The notes below the pieces were generated by a model, which saw only the letters and a program-made list of their open reading frames with translations, searched no databases and was not told the origin of the DNA. DNA of 61,898 nt, taken from IMG/VR virus record IMGVR_UViG_3300025534_000213, positions 129,576-191,473 of that record; one strand, written 5' to 3'. A program made the position numbers and the translations under genes. This DNA is from a virus. Numbering within the stretch: the stretch's first letter is position 1; the number at the start of each line of letters is the position of its first letter. This document shows, piece after piece, positions 9,849-20,485 of this stretch.

Positions 9849-10217
9849 TCAGCCCCCGATCCGCTCGAAGCCGAAGGGGGCGACCATGTGCAGGGCATTG
9901 TCGAGCATCAGGATGTCGCCGATGTCGGTCGAGCGATGGCCGTACAGTTTGCCGTTGTGCTTGATGGGCTGGACCAGCGGGGTAAGGCCCTCGGGCGGCT
10001 CCATGGTCCAAGAGGGGGAGACCACGCCATTCTGGGTGAGCTTGAACGCGAGGTTGAGGTCGTCGGTGTCCACCGTGGCGACCGCCTCGTAATGACCGGC
10101 CTTGAACGCGGCGCGGGCGGCGTCGATCTGCGCGGAAGCGTCGCCGGGCGGCGGGAGGGTGACGGTCAGCCGGGTGTCACGGTCGAGATCGCGCTTGAGG
10201 TGATAGATCGTGATCAT
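9849..10217 (-). CDS. phage hypothetical protein (YodL-like 'RSxxxGDI' motif)
   Basis: 'HRSTDIGDIL...VAPFGF'. Confidence 0.65.
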   Translation of the reverse strand: MITIYHLKRDLDRDTRLTVTLPPPGDASAQIDAARAAFKAGHYEAVATVDTDDLNLAFKLTQNGVVSPSWTMEPPEGLTPLVQPIKHNGKLYGHRSTDIGDILMLDNALHMVAPFGFERIGG

Positions 10218-10279
10218 GGGCGGCGGCTCCCTTCGTTCCGGAGGGCAGCCTAGCGCAAAACGATGGTCCGTCAACCAAA

Positions 10280-10702
10280 TTAATTCGGTTTGTGGGATGC
10301 CTCTGCCAGTCCGGGCAGGTACAGGAGGAAATTGGCGACCGTTTCCTGATCCGTCGCCAAGAGATCGAAGTGCCAGACTTTGCGGGTCACCGGGTCAGGC
10401 GCCGGATAATGGCTGATGAGCACCTCGCCCGTGCCAAGCTCACAGCGAATCATGGTCAGCCACCCCATCGGCTTCCTGTCCGCGCTCATGAGGAAAATGC
10501 GTTTGAGGGTCCACTGGGCATCCAAGAAGGTACCTTCGGCAGTGCCTTTGCGATGCCACTGGCGGACGGCCTCGTCATAGATTTGGCAGATATCGGCCTC
10601 GACCGCACCCGCCATGCTATTGCTGAAATCGAATGGGAGCCGTTGCTTGAGATCGGCGAGGAGGGCCATCCCCTCGCCATGGTTCATCCCTTCCGCCATC
10701 AT
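10280..10702 (-). CDS. hypothetical protein
   Basis: 140-aa ORF, ATGA-type overlap with neighbour. Confidence 0.6.
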   Translation of the reverse strand: MMAEGMNHGEGMALLADLKQRLPFDFSNSMAGAVEADICQIYDEAVRQWHRKGTAEGTFLDAQWTLKRIFLMSADRKPMGWLTMIRCELGTGEVLISHYPAPDPVTRKVWHFDLLATDQETVANFLLYLPGLAEASHKPN

Positions 10703-11454
10703 GTCCGGCGCTTGGGCTCCACCGGCACGATCTTCGTGATCTCCACATCCTCGGGCAGCACGACGATCTCACTCTCGCCCCGGCCGATGAAATGGGCCAG
10801 CACCGCCTCCCGGCACACGACCCCCTCGGCGAGCAGGGGTGTTCGGGCCGCCATGTCCGCATAGCGCCGGGCGAACCAGACCGCCTTCTCCCGGTCGGTG
10901 GTCCAAGAGAGGCCGGAAACGGCATCCTTGTGCCCCACGCCCCGCCAGATGGTGATCGTCTCCGGCAAGGCCGCGAGCGCGGCGCGCTCGGCCTCGTCCA
11001 TGCACGCTTCCCGTCCGAGACGCTCCGACTGCCACAGGTCGCACCAGAGATCGTAATTCTCGTGAATGTTTTCGCTGTCGGTCCAGACCCAGCCGAGGTA
11101 CTCCCAGAACTCGGTGTCGGAGATGAGATGGTACACCTCGTTGAGGGCGTCGAGACGCCATGCCCGCTCGTGCAGGACGAGATATTCGCCCCATCGGCGC
11201 TCCTGCGCGGCTGTCTCCACGGCAGCCTTCTTCGCCGCGTACATCTCGTTCATGCGCGCGTTGAGCATGGGTAAATGCGGCACCGAGTAGACGAGCGGGT
11301 GCTGTAGGACCTGCCCGAGCTTCGGGTGCGTGTAGAGATAGGCTTGCAGGTCCGGATGGAGGTCCTCCTGCCGCGTGAAACTCTCCATCAGCTTTGCGGC
11401 TGCCGGGTCGGCCATGAGTTCCGCAAGGCCCATCGTCTTGGTCTGGTCGGTCAT
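10699..11454 (-). CDS. ADP-ribosyltransferase-like protein (R-S-E type motifs)
   Basis: 'ITIWRG', 'GLSWTTD..A.WFA', 'GRGESEIVV'. Confidence 0.6.
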   Translation of the reverse strand: MTDQTKTMGLAELMADPAAAKLMESFTRQEDLHPDLQAYLYTHPKLGQVLQHPLVYSVPHLPMLNARMNEMYAAKKAAVETAAQERRWGEYLVLHERAWRLDALNEVYHLISDTEFWEYLGWVWTDSENIHENYDLWCDLWQSERLGREACMDEAERAALAALPETITIWRGVGHKDAVSGLSWTTDREKAVWFARRYADMAARTPLLAEGVVCREAVLAHFIGRGESEIVVLPEDVEITKIVPVEPKRRT

Positions 11455-11905
11455 GGATCGTCCCGCTGGGTGACACCGATCTGATGAAGATAGGGGATGA
11501 GGCGCTCGCTGACATGCCCCGTGACCATTTCAAGCCTCGGGCCGTTCATCCGCCACAGCCCCCTTGCCAGAGGACATGTCTTTCGGGCTCGGAGCGATAG
11601 TAGCCGGAGATGTGAGCCTTGATCTTCCGTCCCACCTCGCGGGCAGCGATGGTCCGATGGTTCCCGTCCGAGACGCTGTAGAGGATTTTCCGGCCGAGCC
11701 GGTGGCCCACGACTTTGATGGTCGGAGCCTTCTCCCCGGCGGCCAGACGCTTCCGGCAGTCCTCCAAGCGGATCGGCTTCCACGCCTCGGCCAGCACGTT
11801 CTTGGTGGAAAGCCAGCGGATAACATCCGCGCTCTCCCATTCGCCCGCGACGAGAGCGAGGGCGCGATCCAGCAGATGCGCGGGGCCGAGGTCTTGGTCG
11901 GACAT
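11451..11905 (-). pseudogene. ParB/Srx-like domain protein, frameshifted at G5 run (11559-11563)
   Basis: 'SVSDGNHRTIAA'; adding one G extends the reading to the ATGA overlap at 11451. Confidence 0.55.
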
Positions 11906-12210
11906 GCCGACCATTATCGCAGAAAATGGAGGCTCGTCAACCGAGTTCTTCGGTTCATACGAAAAGGCCCCAGCCGTGCGAGCGGCCGGGGCCATGGGTG
12001 GAGAAGAATGGTGAAAGAATGGTGAAAGAATGGTGAAAGAATGGCAAAAGAGACTAAGAGTGATTTAGACGGCGGGACCTGCCGACCATCATCGCAGAAA
12101 ATGGAGGTCTATCAACCGAATTCTTCAGTTCGTACGAAAAGGCCCCAGCCGTGCGAGCGGCCGGGGCCATGGGTGGAGAAAGAATGGTGAAAGAATGGCG
12201 AAAGAGACTA
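11906..12210 (-). repeat. two direct copies (11906-12056, 12081-12210) of a terminator + sigma70-like promoter cassette with an 11-bp tandem (agaatggtgaa)
   Basis: Near-identical sequence; hairpin GGCCCC..GGGGCC-TTTT then TTGAC/TTGAT ... GATAAT/GATGAT on minus. Confidence 0.9.
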
Positions 12211-12223
12211 GGCTCAGGACTCA

Positions 12224-12655
12224 CTAATTGAGCCAGAAGGTGACGGCGGCGGCGAGGGTGATGGCGGAGAAGAAGGTGTGTGCGCATCGGTCGTAGCGCA
12301 TGGCGAGGGTGTTCCATGTGGCGATGCCGATATCCGTCCATTTCCGGGAGCGGTAGGCAGCGATCCACGAATGGATGGTGATGACGATGCCGCTGCCGAG
12401 GACGGGCAGGATCACCAGCAAATAGATGAGGCTCATGAGTGAGCCGACCATCGTCGCGGGCAGGACGAGGAAGCCGATCACCGCCGCGAGGATCACGGTG
12501 AAGCCACAGGCGGACTGGATAGCACCGGACCAAGCGAGCAGGCGGGCAAACCCGCCCAGCGCCTTGGATTCGAGCCAAATCTTGCCGGTGACATGGGCAT
12601 TCCACCAACTGATCGCGGCGTTCAGGATCAGCAGGAGGATGAGGAAGAACGTCAT
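12224..12655 (-). CDS. membrane protein
   Basis: Several hydrophobic helices; AGGA SD. Confidence 0.65.
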   Translation of the reverse strand: MTFFLILLLILNAAISWWNAHVTGKIWLESKALGGFARLLAWSGAIQSACGFTVILAAVIGFLVLPATMVGSLMSLIYLLVILPVLGSGIVITIHSWIAAYRSRKWTDIGIATWNTLAMRYDRCAHTFFSAITLAAAVTFWLN

Positions 12656-12677
12656 TCAAAAAAAGTCCTTCTGAAAG

Positions 12678-13851
12678 TCAGTTGTACTCGGTCGCGTCGC
12701 CCTTGCGCAGCAGATAGGCAGGGCTGACCCATTTCCCAATCTTGCGGCCGTGAACGGCGTGCTTGGCGCCCGTTGCGCTGCGGATGACGATGCCTTCGCG
12801 GATGTGATCGCCGCCGATCACACTCTTGCCGTCACGGACCTGCTGCAACGCGGCGAGATCGAACGGGCCTTCGTACAGGGTGGGAAGTACCGCAAGGCCG
12901 AGGCTCGCCGCGACCGTCACCATGGCCTCGGGTGTCAGGAACTCATCGCCGATCATCACGTCGAACAGGCGCAGCACCGGCTCCTTGAAGCCATAGTGCA
13001 AGTCCTGCACACCGGTCCCGAAAATCTCGCCAAAGAGCCGTACCGGCTGGCCGCCCTGCGCCTCGCTGAGCGCGCGGAGCCGGTCCGCAAGCCCTTCGCC
13101 CAGCGCACCGCGAAGCGCCCTGACATACAGGTTACCCCTGTTGGCTTCGCTGTCCTTGAAGGCCAGCCCCTTGTTCCCCATGCCCTTCGAGGAGACGTAG
13201 ATGTCCCCACCGGCAAAGCATTCCGGATGCCCGAGGCCCGGTACGTACCCGATCTGTGCGAAGGTGCCGTGCGCCTTCTCCGTCGCGACGACCGGCTCAC
13301 CGGCCTCGAACAGGTCGGGCAATGTCTGGATGCTCTCGAAGTCGAACTTCTTGATCACCCCGAACAGGTTCAGCACTTCACCGGCCATATGGACGGGAAT
13401 CGGCGGCTCGTATTTGATGATGCCAAGCTGAGCCGCGACATCCATGCCCTCCTCTACCGCGAGGTGGTGCATCAGGCCGTCCTCACCCATGACCTCAACA
13501 GCCAGACCGAGGGCCTTCTCCGGCACCGGCTTCGCAGGCAGCAGCACGCCCTGAGAGACGACCCCCCCGCAGTTTCAGAGCCTTCACCCGGTTGCCGTCC
13601 GGCCCTGCGAGCCGCCCCTTGCCCTGCTGCTCGTCCCACATGTCGAGGCGCTTGAGCAGCCATTCGGGCAGGATCGAAGCCTCGGGGATGTAGACGACGT
13701 GATCGCCCTCGTTGTAGCGGTGGGACCCGTCCTCAAGCTTGGCCGAGATGCACTCGAAGCCGTCGATCTTCACGATACTGAGCCGGTCGGCGTTGGGGTG
13801 ATGCATGACGGGCTCGCGGATGCGCTTCACGCGCACTGCGAAATCCGACAC
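12678..13851 (-). pseudogene. RNA ligase, DRB0094-like (OB N-terminus + Rnl2-type core), split by one extra base in G7 run 13562-13568
   Basis: 'HPNADRL', 'LRG..SQG.L', 'TEKAHGT', 'FGEIFG', 'LFDV', 'REGIVIR', 'KWVSPAYL'. Confidence 0.85.
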
Positions 13852-14124
13852 TGAAAGTACCTTTCTAAAAATCGCTTTGGAAAAAGCGAACTTATGAAAC
13901 GTCGTTTTATTACCGCATTATCTTGGTTCTGTCCAGCCTAATTCAATCGCCAGCCCCTTGAGCGGTCACGGTGAGGTACCGGCCGGGCCTGAACCGCCTG
14001 TCCGGCAGCATCAGGCATCGGGGTGCTGGGCTGCCGGGATTTCATCGGCGTGGTCGGGGATGGTGGCCGTGATCCGCAGATCAGTGACGTGTAAAATCGG
14101 TTTGCAAACCGAAATTGCGTTGAA

Positions 14125-14200
14125 TGGTGGGACTGGCTGGGATCGAACCAGCGACCCCCTGCATGTCAAGCAGGTGCTCGTTCCACTGAGCTACAGTCCC
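14125..14200 (-). tRNA. tRNA-Val(GAC)
   Basis: Cloverleaf; CCTGC-TTGACAT-GCAGG; CCA end. Confidence 0.95.
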
Positions 14201-14523
14201 GGAGGAAAGAAAGGCGCGTGCCCGGCCGGATCACGCGCCGCCAGTCAGGTTACTCTTTGAAAGTTGTGTTCTTGGCTTAACGCAGTCAAAAGGGACCAAA
14301 GAGCTTAAATGAAAGTTTCAAATTGTTTAGAAATGGGTAGTTTGTTGGCGGAGCGGGGAGGGGTTCTTCCTCCCCGGTTCCACGGCTATTTAGCATACTG
14401 CGACGGCGCCCCGTCAAGCGAAAAGCGGTGCGTAAAACGGGGTTATGGTGGTGCGTTCCGGGCGGCGTTTTTCGTTTCCGGGGCCGATAAATACGCTTCG
14501 CATCACAGACGGGGCTTCACACC

Positions 14524-15507
14524 ATGGCATTCCTCTTTCTCGGCGGTGAGGATATCGATTTCGAAAATCTCGGCGGACTGTTTGTCTCGACCGATAGCAA
14601 CACCTACCGGTCGGCCTATGCGCGATGCTCAATGGGCGTCGATAACGCTGCCGATGCGCGCGGCATCCGGGCGTCTCTCTATAGCGCGTCCAGCGAGTTC
14701 TTCTTCAGCGCCCGCTTCATGCAGATGAATTTCTTCGGCGGCGGCGAAGTCTAGTTTCTTTCCTTCTATAATGGTGCCACGAAGCTCCTCGGTCTTTCGT
14801 GCATCCCGAGCACTCGTCTCCTGCGCTTCAAGCGATATGATGCTGGAACCGCGACCACTCTTGCCACGAGCGAGACCGCGCTCACAAGCGGTGCGCTCCA
14901 TCGCATCGACCTCAAGGTCCGTCTCGGCGCGGATGCTCATCTGAAACTGTATCTGAACCAGACGCCTTTGCTCGAATGGACGGGTGATCTGTCCGATCTG
15001 GTCGCCCAGACCATCGACACCCTGCGCCTGCGGGCGGCCGACACGTTCAATGCGGGAATCTCCTTCGCCGGTTACTGGTCCGAGGTGATCGTTGCGGAGC
15101 GCGACACCCGTACGCTGCACCTCAAGACCCTTGCGCCAAAGGCGGATGGTGAGTCGGAGTGGACCGGGTCCTATACGGACATCAACGAGATCATCGCTTC
15201 CGAGGCGACCACGATCTATACCGACGTGGTGGACCGGACGGCGACCTTCGAAGTCACGGGAATGCCTGCTGGCGATTTCAGCGTCCGTGCGGTCCGTATT
15301 TCCGGCCGTGCCGTGCGAGCCGAAACCGGTCCGACCGGCATCCAGATGGGCGTCGAGGTCGGTGAGGCGCAGGGCTTCTCGGAAACCATTCTGGTCGATC
15401 AGGGCTGGCAGCCGGTCAGCACCATGTTTGAGACGAATCCGGTGACTGGTCAGGCTTGGAAGCCGTCCGAGATTTCCGCCCTGAAACTCGCGTTGAAGTC
15501 CAAGTAA
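14524..15507 (+). CDS. putative virion protein with in-frame TAG at 14752-14754
   Basis: ORFs 14524-14754 and 14968-15507 share a frame and are separated by a single TAG; C-terminal 'FETNPVTGQAW'; TAAATA at 14488. Confidence 0.6.
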
Positions 15508-15508
15508 G

Positions 15509-15742
15509 ATGCCCCTGCAAGTTTCCAAGGCGAACGGCTTTGCCGTCGTAGACGAGGCGCAAGGGCTAACCGTTCAGAAGGCATACGGCTTCGCCGTGCT
15601 GGACGATAGCCACAGCATCGTCGTGATGAAGGCGCTGGGCTATGCGGCCATTGACGAGGCGACCGACCCGGAACCGGCGTCGAGCGGAGGTCTCCGGATA
15701 TCCGGAGCGGTCAGAATCGGCGGTGCATTGCGGGTGACCTGA
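15509..15742 (+). CDS. small virion-type protein with 'V.KA.G(F/Y)A' x3 repeat
   Basis: Immediately follows previous gene; internal repeats. Confidence 0.65.
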   Translation: MPLQVSKANGFAVVDEAQGLTVQKAYGFAVLDDSHSIVVMKALGYAAIDEATDPEPASSGGLRISGAVRIGGALRVT

Positions 15743-15756
15743 CCAAGGTCCAAACG

Positions 15757-15784
15757 AAAGGCCGGGATGATCCCCGGCCTTTTT
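15757..15784. terminator. bidirectional intrinsic terminator
   Basis: aaaggccggg-atgatc-cccggcc-ttttt between convergent genes. Confidence 0.8.
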
Positions 15785-16677
15785 CATCCCACCTTGTAGT
15801 GTGACCGTTCGACGGTGCCGCGACTGGCATCACCCCGCCAATGGGGCCTGACCCAGTGCTGCTCCTCGACGGGACGCGTGTTCTTCCCCCACACGAACCC
15901 TCGGACCAGATGGCGGCGGCGGGGCCTGCCCGTCCCCTTGTCGCGGATCACATTGCCGCGCTCGTCGCGGTCGAGCGGGATGCGGACGATGGTGTGCGGG
16001 TATTCGCGGAACCGCTTGTCGGTACCCGGCTTCGGCTTGGGTGGGCTGACACGCTCCTGTTCGAGTTGTTCGGTGTTAAGGCTTACCAAGAATTTCTTGA
16101 AGCCGTACGCCGCTTCGCCGACAAGTTTGCTGTGCAGCGGGCTCGCGGGCGTTTTGACGCCTTCGAGTATGAACAGGTCCGACGGCTCCTTGAGATCGAA
16201 CAGCAACGGGTCGGCAAAGACGTTGTACTGGTAGGGTTTGAGCGAAGCCGGGTCGCTTCCGAGCGTCTCCGCGAAGGGTTGCATGTCGAGTTTGAGGTTC
16301 GAGCTTTGCAGGTGCCAGACGCGGATCACCTGCTCCTTTTCATCCTCGACCGCCAGATAGAAGAAGCGCCTTATGCCCTCGGGGTCGCTCTCGAAGGGGT
16401 CCTCGATCCAGACGATGGGGAAAGGCAGATGGAACAGCCCTGCTTCCATCATGTTCACGGCCGTCTCGCGCACGGCCGTGATGGTGCGCTCGTCCTGATC
16501 GCTGCCGGAATCGAAAATGAACTTCTCGGCCTTGTGCATCAGGGGCAGAAGGCGAGCGGCCAGCTTCCGGCGCAGTGGATCGGATGGACGCCTGACCTCG
16601 GGCAGCCCCGACACGCTCTGGACCAGCATCGGCCGCTTGTCGAGGACATACATCAGGTCGGGCAGCAGCAGCTTCAT
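15784..16677 (-). CDS. phage protein with 'RRHxVRG...WVxxHWRGD' motif
   Basis: MKLLLPDL...; C-terminal motif shared with the divergent gene. Confidence 0.7.
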   Translation of the reverse strand: MKLLLPDLMYVLDKRPMLVQSVSGLPEVRRPSDPLRRKLAARLLPLMHKAEKFIFDSGSDQDERTITAVRETAVNMMEAGLFHLPFPIVWIEDPFESDPEGIRRFFYLAVEDEKEQVIRVWHLQSSNLKLDMQPFAETLGSDPASLKPYQYNVFADPLLFDLKEPSDLFILEGVKTPASPLHSKLVGEAAYGFKKFLVSLNTEQLEQERVSPPKPKPGTDKRFREYPHTIVRIPLDRDERGNVIRDKGTGRPRRRHLVRGFVWGKNTRPVEEQHWVRPHWRGDASRGTVERSHYKVG

Positions 16678-16812
16678 GGCCGCAAACCTAGGGCAGGGGC
16701 GTGGCCGGTTCAATGGTCCGGTTGCGGGACAACCTTGTCCGGCACCCAAAAAAGATGTTTGCTGAACCAATTTATTCTTGTCAAGGCACCAATCTGGAGT
16801 AATCTCGCGGCC

Positions 16813-18258
16813 ATGCAGTCCGCTTTGCCACCCCTTGCCGACCGAATCATGGCCGCCTGCACCAATCCGGCCAAGCTCGTCCAGAGCCACCCGGACCCGG
16901 CCGAGCGACGGAAGATCGGTGCTGCCCTCAAGGACCGGTTGCGCAATTCCCGGCGGTTCTATGTGGATGAGGAGGTGACGCGTGCGGCGACCCGGCTTGG
17001 CGTCCAGCACCCGGAAATCCTCATGCAGATGCTTCGGCGGGCGCGGCTGCCCTTCGGGAGGGTCTGGGTGGAGTGGGATAACCGGGCACAGGCAGAGGAG
17101 AGCGGCATCGTCGATGAGACCGCGCCCGACCGATTTGGCGTCCTCGTGGAACGGCTGGACGAACAGGAGCCGCTCTATCGCATGACCCCGGTCGGCCTGA
17201 TTACCGGCGAAACTCGCGGGGCCGGGCAGGCCGTGGGCGTCTCGCCCATCTCGGTCGTCTACCATCTCGACCACCCGGTGGCGGGCCTGCCCCTGACGGC
17301 TGACCAGCGCCAGATCGCGGAGATTGCCGATCTCCCCGAGGACTATGTGCGCAAGACCCTCATTGGCTCGGCCTATGTGGGGCAGGTTTCGGATCGCAAC
17401 GATCAGGAGGAGGTCCAGCACCGGATCGCCCTTTGCGACACACTGGCCGCCCATGCGACCAATGTCCTGACGCCCTTCATGGCGCCGCTGATCCGGCGGA
17501 CGCTGGCGGGAGACGGGCGCATAAACCGGGACGTGTTGCAGCGGATCATGCGCACCGAGGTCATCGAGAATTCGGGCACGTGGCGGTTCGTGATATCGCT
17601 GTTCGCGCTCATCAACGCGCGTGACTATGTGGAGAGCGAGCAGACCTATCGCGCCGGGAAATCGCGGATGGTCGGGGGCAACATCGTGCCCTTCCTCGAC
17701 CATTGGCTGGTCTCGCTCAAGCTGCCGCGCAAGATCGTCGAAGCGCGTATCATCCGGCAGATGACGGAGGCCATTCCGCGCCGCCGACATGAAGTGATCG
17801 GACACTGGAAGCACAGCCGGAAGCACGGTGATCCTAACTGCGAGCACGCCTATGTCTCGGAGACACCCACGCGCGAGCGGTGTGCTATTTGTGGCGCGGC
17901 CCGCTGGTGGGTGAACGAGTTCGAACGCGGTGATGCCTCGATTGGCTACATCATCAAGGACCGGCTGGTCGAATCCCGCAAGCGGATCGAGAAGGAAGCG
18001 GACATACCAACTACCTTGGAGGAACTGGACTTCGCGGAACTGTCCGGGATGGCGCGGACCGCCCTCGGCAGCATCCCGCGCAGCCGCTCGGAGGCGCTGG
18101 AAGATGTCGGCATGGCCCTGAGCGAGCTTGGCATCGACGAGGCGCAGGCTATTGCCCTGCATCGCCGAGGCAAGCTCCAAGCGCACATCCAACACCTCAA
18201 CGATGCTGCCAAGCAGCGTGCGATGTTCGATCCATCAGCGCCCCGGAAGAAGGACTGA
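16813..18258 (+). CDS. phage protein with 'RRHEVIGHW...WWVNEFERGDAS' motif and Zn-binding insert
   Basis: MQSALPPL...; paralogous motif, CxH/CxxC. Confidence 0.7.
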   Translation: MQSALPPLADRIMAACTNPAKLVQSHPDPAERRKIGAALKDRLRNSRRFYVDEEVTRAATRLGVQHPEILMQMLRRARLPFGRVWVEWDNRAQAEESGIVDETAPDRFGVLVERLDEQEPLYRMTPVGLITGETRGAGQAVGVSPISVVYHLDHPVAGLPLTADQRQIAEIADLPEDYVRKTLIGSAYVGQVSDRNDQEEVQHRIALCDTLAAHATNVLTPFMAPLIRRTLAGDGRINRDVLQRIMRTEVIENSGTWRFVISLFALINARDYVESEQTYRAGKSRMVGGNIVPFLDHWLVSLKLPRKIVEARIIRQMTEAIPRRRHEVIGHWKHSRKHGDPNCEHAYVSETPTRERCAICGAARWWVNEFERGDASIGYIIKDRLVESRKRIEKEADIPTTLEELDFAELSGMARTALGSIPRSRSEALEDVGMALSELGIDEAQAIALHRRGKLQAHIQHLNDAAKQRAMFDPSAPRKKD

Positions 18259-18263
18259 AATCG

Positions 18264-18860
18264 ATGAGTCTGGGTATGGTGAGACGGCCCCAAGAGATGG
18301 AGCGGGAAGCGCGGCACGTCAGTTTGCGAACCAGCGAGGTCCTGTATCCGGCGGACCTCGACTGCTCCACGCTGCAAGGGCGCTGGCATCTCCAAACATG
18401 GATTTCGGGGGTGAAGGCCAAGGATGAGCCGCCCGTCGGCGAGATCGGGTACGAGCCCTTCGCCATGTTCACCAACCGGGGCGACCGCGACCGGTTTGCC
18501 GAGTAGTGGGCGCGATACCGGAGGGCATTCGGTCTGGTGGACCCGCACCGGGCGTACCTGCCTTCACCCGGCAATGGTCCGGTCGGGGAAGCGCACTTCC
18601 TGCGCGATCCAAACCGGTATCTGGATGAGCGCCCCGAGCGTCTGGCTGGCCTGCTGGGAATTTGCGGCGGCAGTCTCGGTGGCGCGGACGAGGAGGTGCG
18701 CATCCTCGAAAATATCCTGCCGCAGTGGTCGTGGATCACCACGCACTGCGCGGGGCTGGTGTACCGTATCCATGGCGGCTGGCTGTTCAGCACCGCCGCC
18801 GATGTCGTGCTCTATCGAATGGAGATGTCCGGGCGGGATACCCAGAAGGCCGCCGCGTGA
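18264..18860 (+). CDS. phage protein (paralog of 53577-54251) with in-frame TAG at 18504-18506
   Basis: Two same-frame ORFs joined by one TAG; 'W.WI...C...VYRI.GGW.F' shared with paralog. Confidence 0.6.
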
Positions 18861-19645
18861 TACCGGGCGTCAAGGATTTGCACGGGGTCTCCGCCCGGCT
18901 GCGTGCCCTCCTGCCGGACCTGCGCGGACCGGACCTCATCATGGTCCCGCAGGAAATCCTCGACCTGCTGCTGGCGTTGGCCGGGAGGAAGCCGGTTTAC
19001 CTGATGCGGGGCTTCGGGCCGCCGGGCTGGGCGGAACGGGTCGTGAGCCTCGCCCGGCGCCACAAGGCGGTGGCGCAGTGGGGGCCTATGTGGACGGCAG
19101 CGAATCCCTATGAGGGTTCTCCGGCATGGCTGGCGGAGCTTGCGGGCCACTCATGGGACAACCCGCGCGGCGAGGCGCTCTATGTGACCATGGACCGGGA
19201 GATTGCCCGCGAGGTGCGGGAGATCAACGCGGCCGGAGGCCGGGTCACGGTCGAGCAGGAGGCCCGCCTGCTGGGATACCCGCCGTGCTGCGTCGAATAC
19301 AGCTACGCCAAGCACCGCGCCTTCAAGGCCCTTCTCGTGCGGGCCTGCACGCGCATCGCTGGCGGCGACGAGGTGGTGATCCGGCGCATGATCGCCGAGG
19401 ACGAGGCGATCACCCTCACCGATCAGGAGCAGGCCGAGATGGCCGCCATCACGGCCCTGCACATGGCCTCCTATACATCGGTGAACATGTGTCCGGCCTG
19501 TCACGAGGAGCCCGACAGTCCGGCGCGGCGCCTGTCGCGGGCCAATGAGGACTTTGCATGGGAGGTGGATGCGACACTGGTCGGGATGGTGCGGCGCGCC
19601 CATGACGCCTGTCGGCAGGACATCCGGGCGCCGGTTCCGCAATGA
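18857..19645 (+). CDS. hypothetical protein (DUF483-like 'LLGYPxCC')
   Basis: GTGA overlap; 'LLGYPPCCVE', 'CPAC'. Confidence 0.6.
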   Translation: MIPGVKDLHGVSARLRALLPDLRGPDLIMVPQEILDLLLALAGRKPVYLMRGFGPPGWAERVVSLARRHKAVAQWGPMWTAANPYEGSPAWLAELAGHSWDNPRGEALYVTMDREIAREVREINAAGGRVTVEQEARLLGYPPCCVEYSYAKHRAFKALLVRACTRIAGGDEVVIRRMIAEDEAITLTDQEQAEMAAITALHMASYTSVNMCPACHEEPDSPARRLSRANEDFAWEVDATLVGMVRRAHDACRQDIRAPVPQ

Positions 19646-19713
19646 CCTTGACCCGGCGGTGCCCGGCCGGGTAAATCAGTTTGGTGTAACCAATTTGTGC
19701 AGGAGAGCACACC

Positions 19714-20124
19714 ATGACCGCTTTCACCTAGGACGACATCCGGCAGGGCGACAAGCTCCGCATCTACGCCATCATCCGTGGCGACCTCGACATGCCTCCG
19801 GGCAAGATGGCCTCGCAGTGCTGCCACGCAGCCAAGAACTGCGCCATCATCGCGGGACGGGATGACCCCGAACGCCTGCGGCTCTATCAGGGGCCGGACT
19901 TCCTCGGCACACAGATCATCCTCAAGGCCAAGAACGAGGCGGCGCTGCTGCGCGCGCATGACGAAGCCGTTCGGGCCGGGCTGATCACCAGCCTCATCAT
20001 CGACCGCAACCATATCATGCCGCCTCATTTCGACGGCAATCCCATCATCACGGCGCTGGGCATCGGGCCTTGCACGAAGGAGGAGGCGCGCGCCATCACC
20101 AAGCGTTTCAGCTTGGTTCGATGA
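19714..20124 (+). CDS. pth2: peptidyl-tRNA hydrolase type 2, in-frame TAG at codon 6 (19729-19731)
   Basis: AGGAG SD; 'IIRGDLDMPPGKMASQCCHA...TALGIGP'. Confidence 0.75.
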
Positions 20125-20155
20125 AATCAGGGAAGGGGCCTTGACCCCTCTCCGA

Positions 20156-20485
20156 TCAGTGGCGGAACCCGCTCGCGGCGCGGGTCGGGCTGGCGACCAG
20201 AGTAACGCCAAGGCGGTCGGCGAGGTCCAAGAGGACTTTGGCAACCGCCTTGTCCTTCGCCGTGCGATAGCCCTGCGTCAGCAGGCCATCCAGCGCGTAG
20301 CGGACCCGGTCCGGGCCGACCTTGGTCAGTTGCAGGCCATAGCCCGCACCCTGCGTCCGTTCCACGGCAGTGGAGGCAATGGTGATGAACTTGTCGGCCG
20401 GGGAAGTCCCGGCAGTCGCCTCCGGCGCACGCTCGGCGACGACCGAGGCGGATTCCACTAGAGTGATCAGGGTACGCATATCCAT
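20156..20485 (-). CDS. putative head-packaged protein (MRxLIxxVE leader)
   Basis: MDMRTLITLVES; TAAATA at 20516-20521. Confidence 0.6.
   Translation of the reverse strand: MDMRTLITLVESASVVAERAPEATAGTSPADKFITIASTAVERTQGAGYGLQLTKVGPDRVRYALDGLLTQGYRTAKDKAVAKVLLDLADRLGVTLVASPTRAASGFRH

Noticed and set aside
12005-12046. 11-bp tandem as a CRISPR array
   Set aside because: Units are contiguous with no spacers and there are no cas genes apart from IS-borne tnpB
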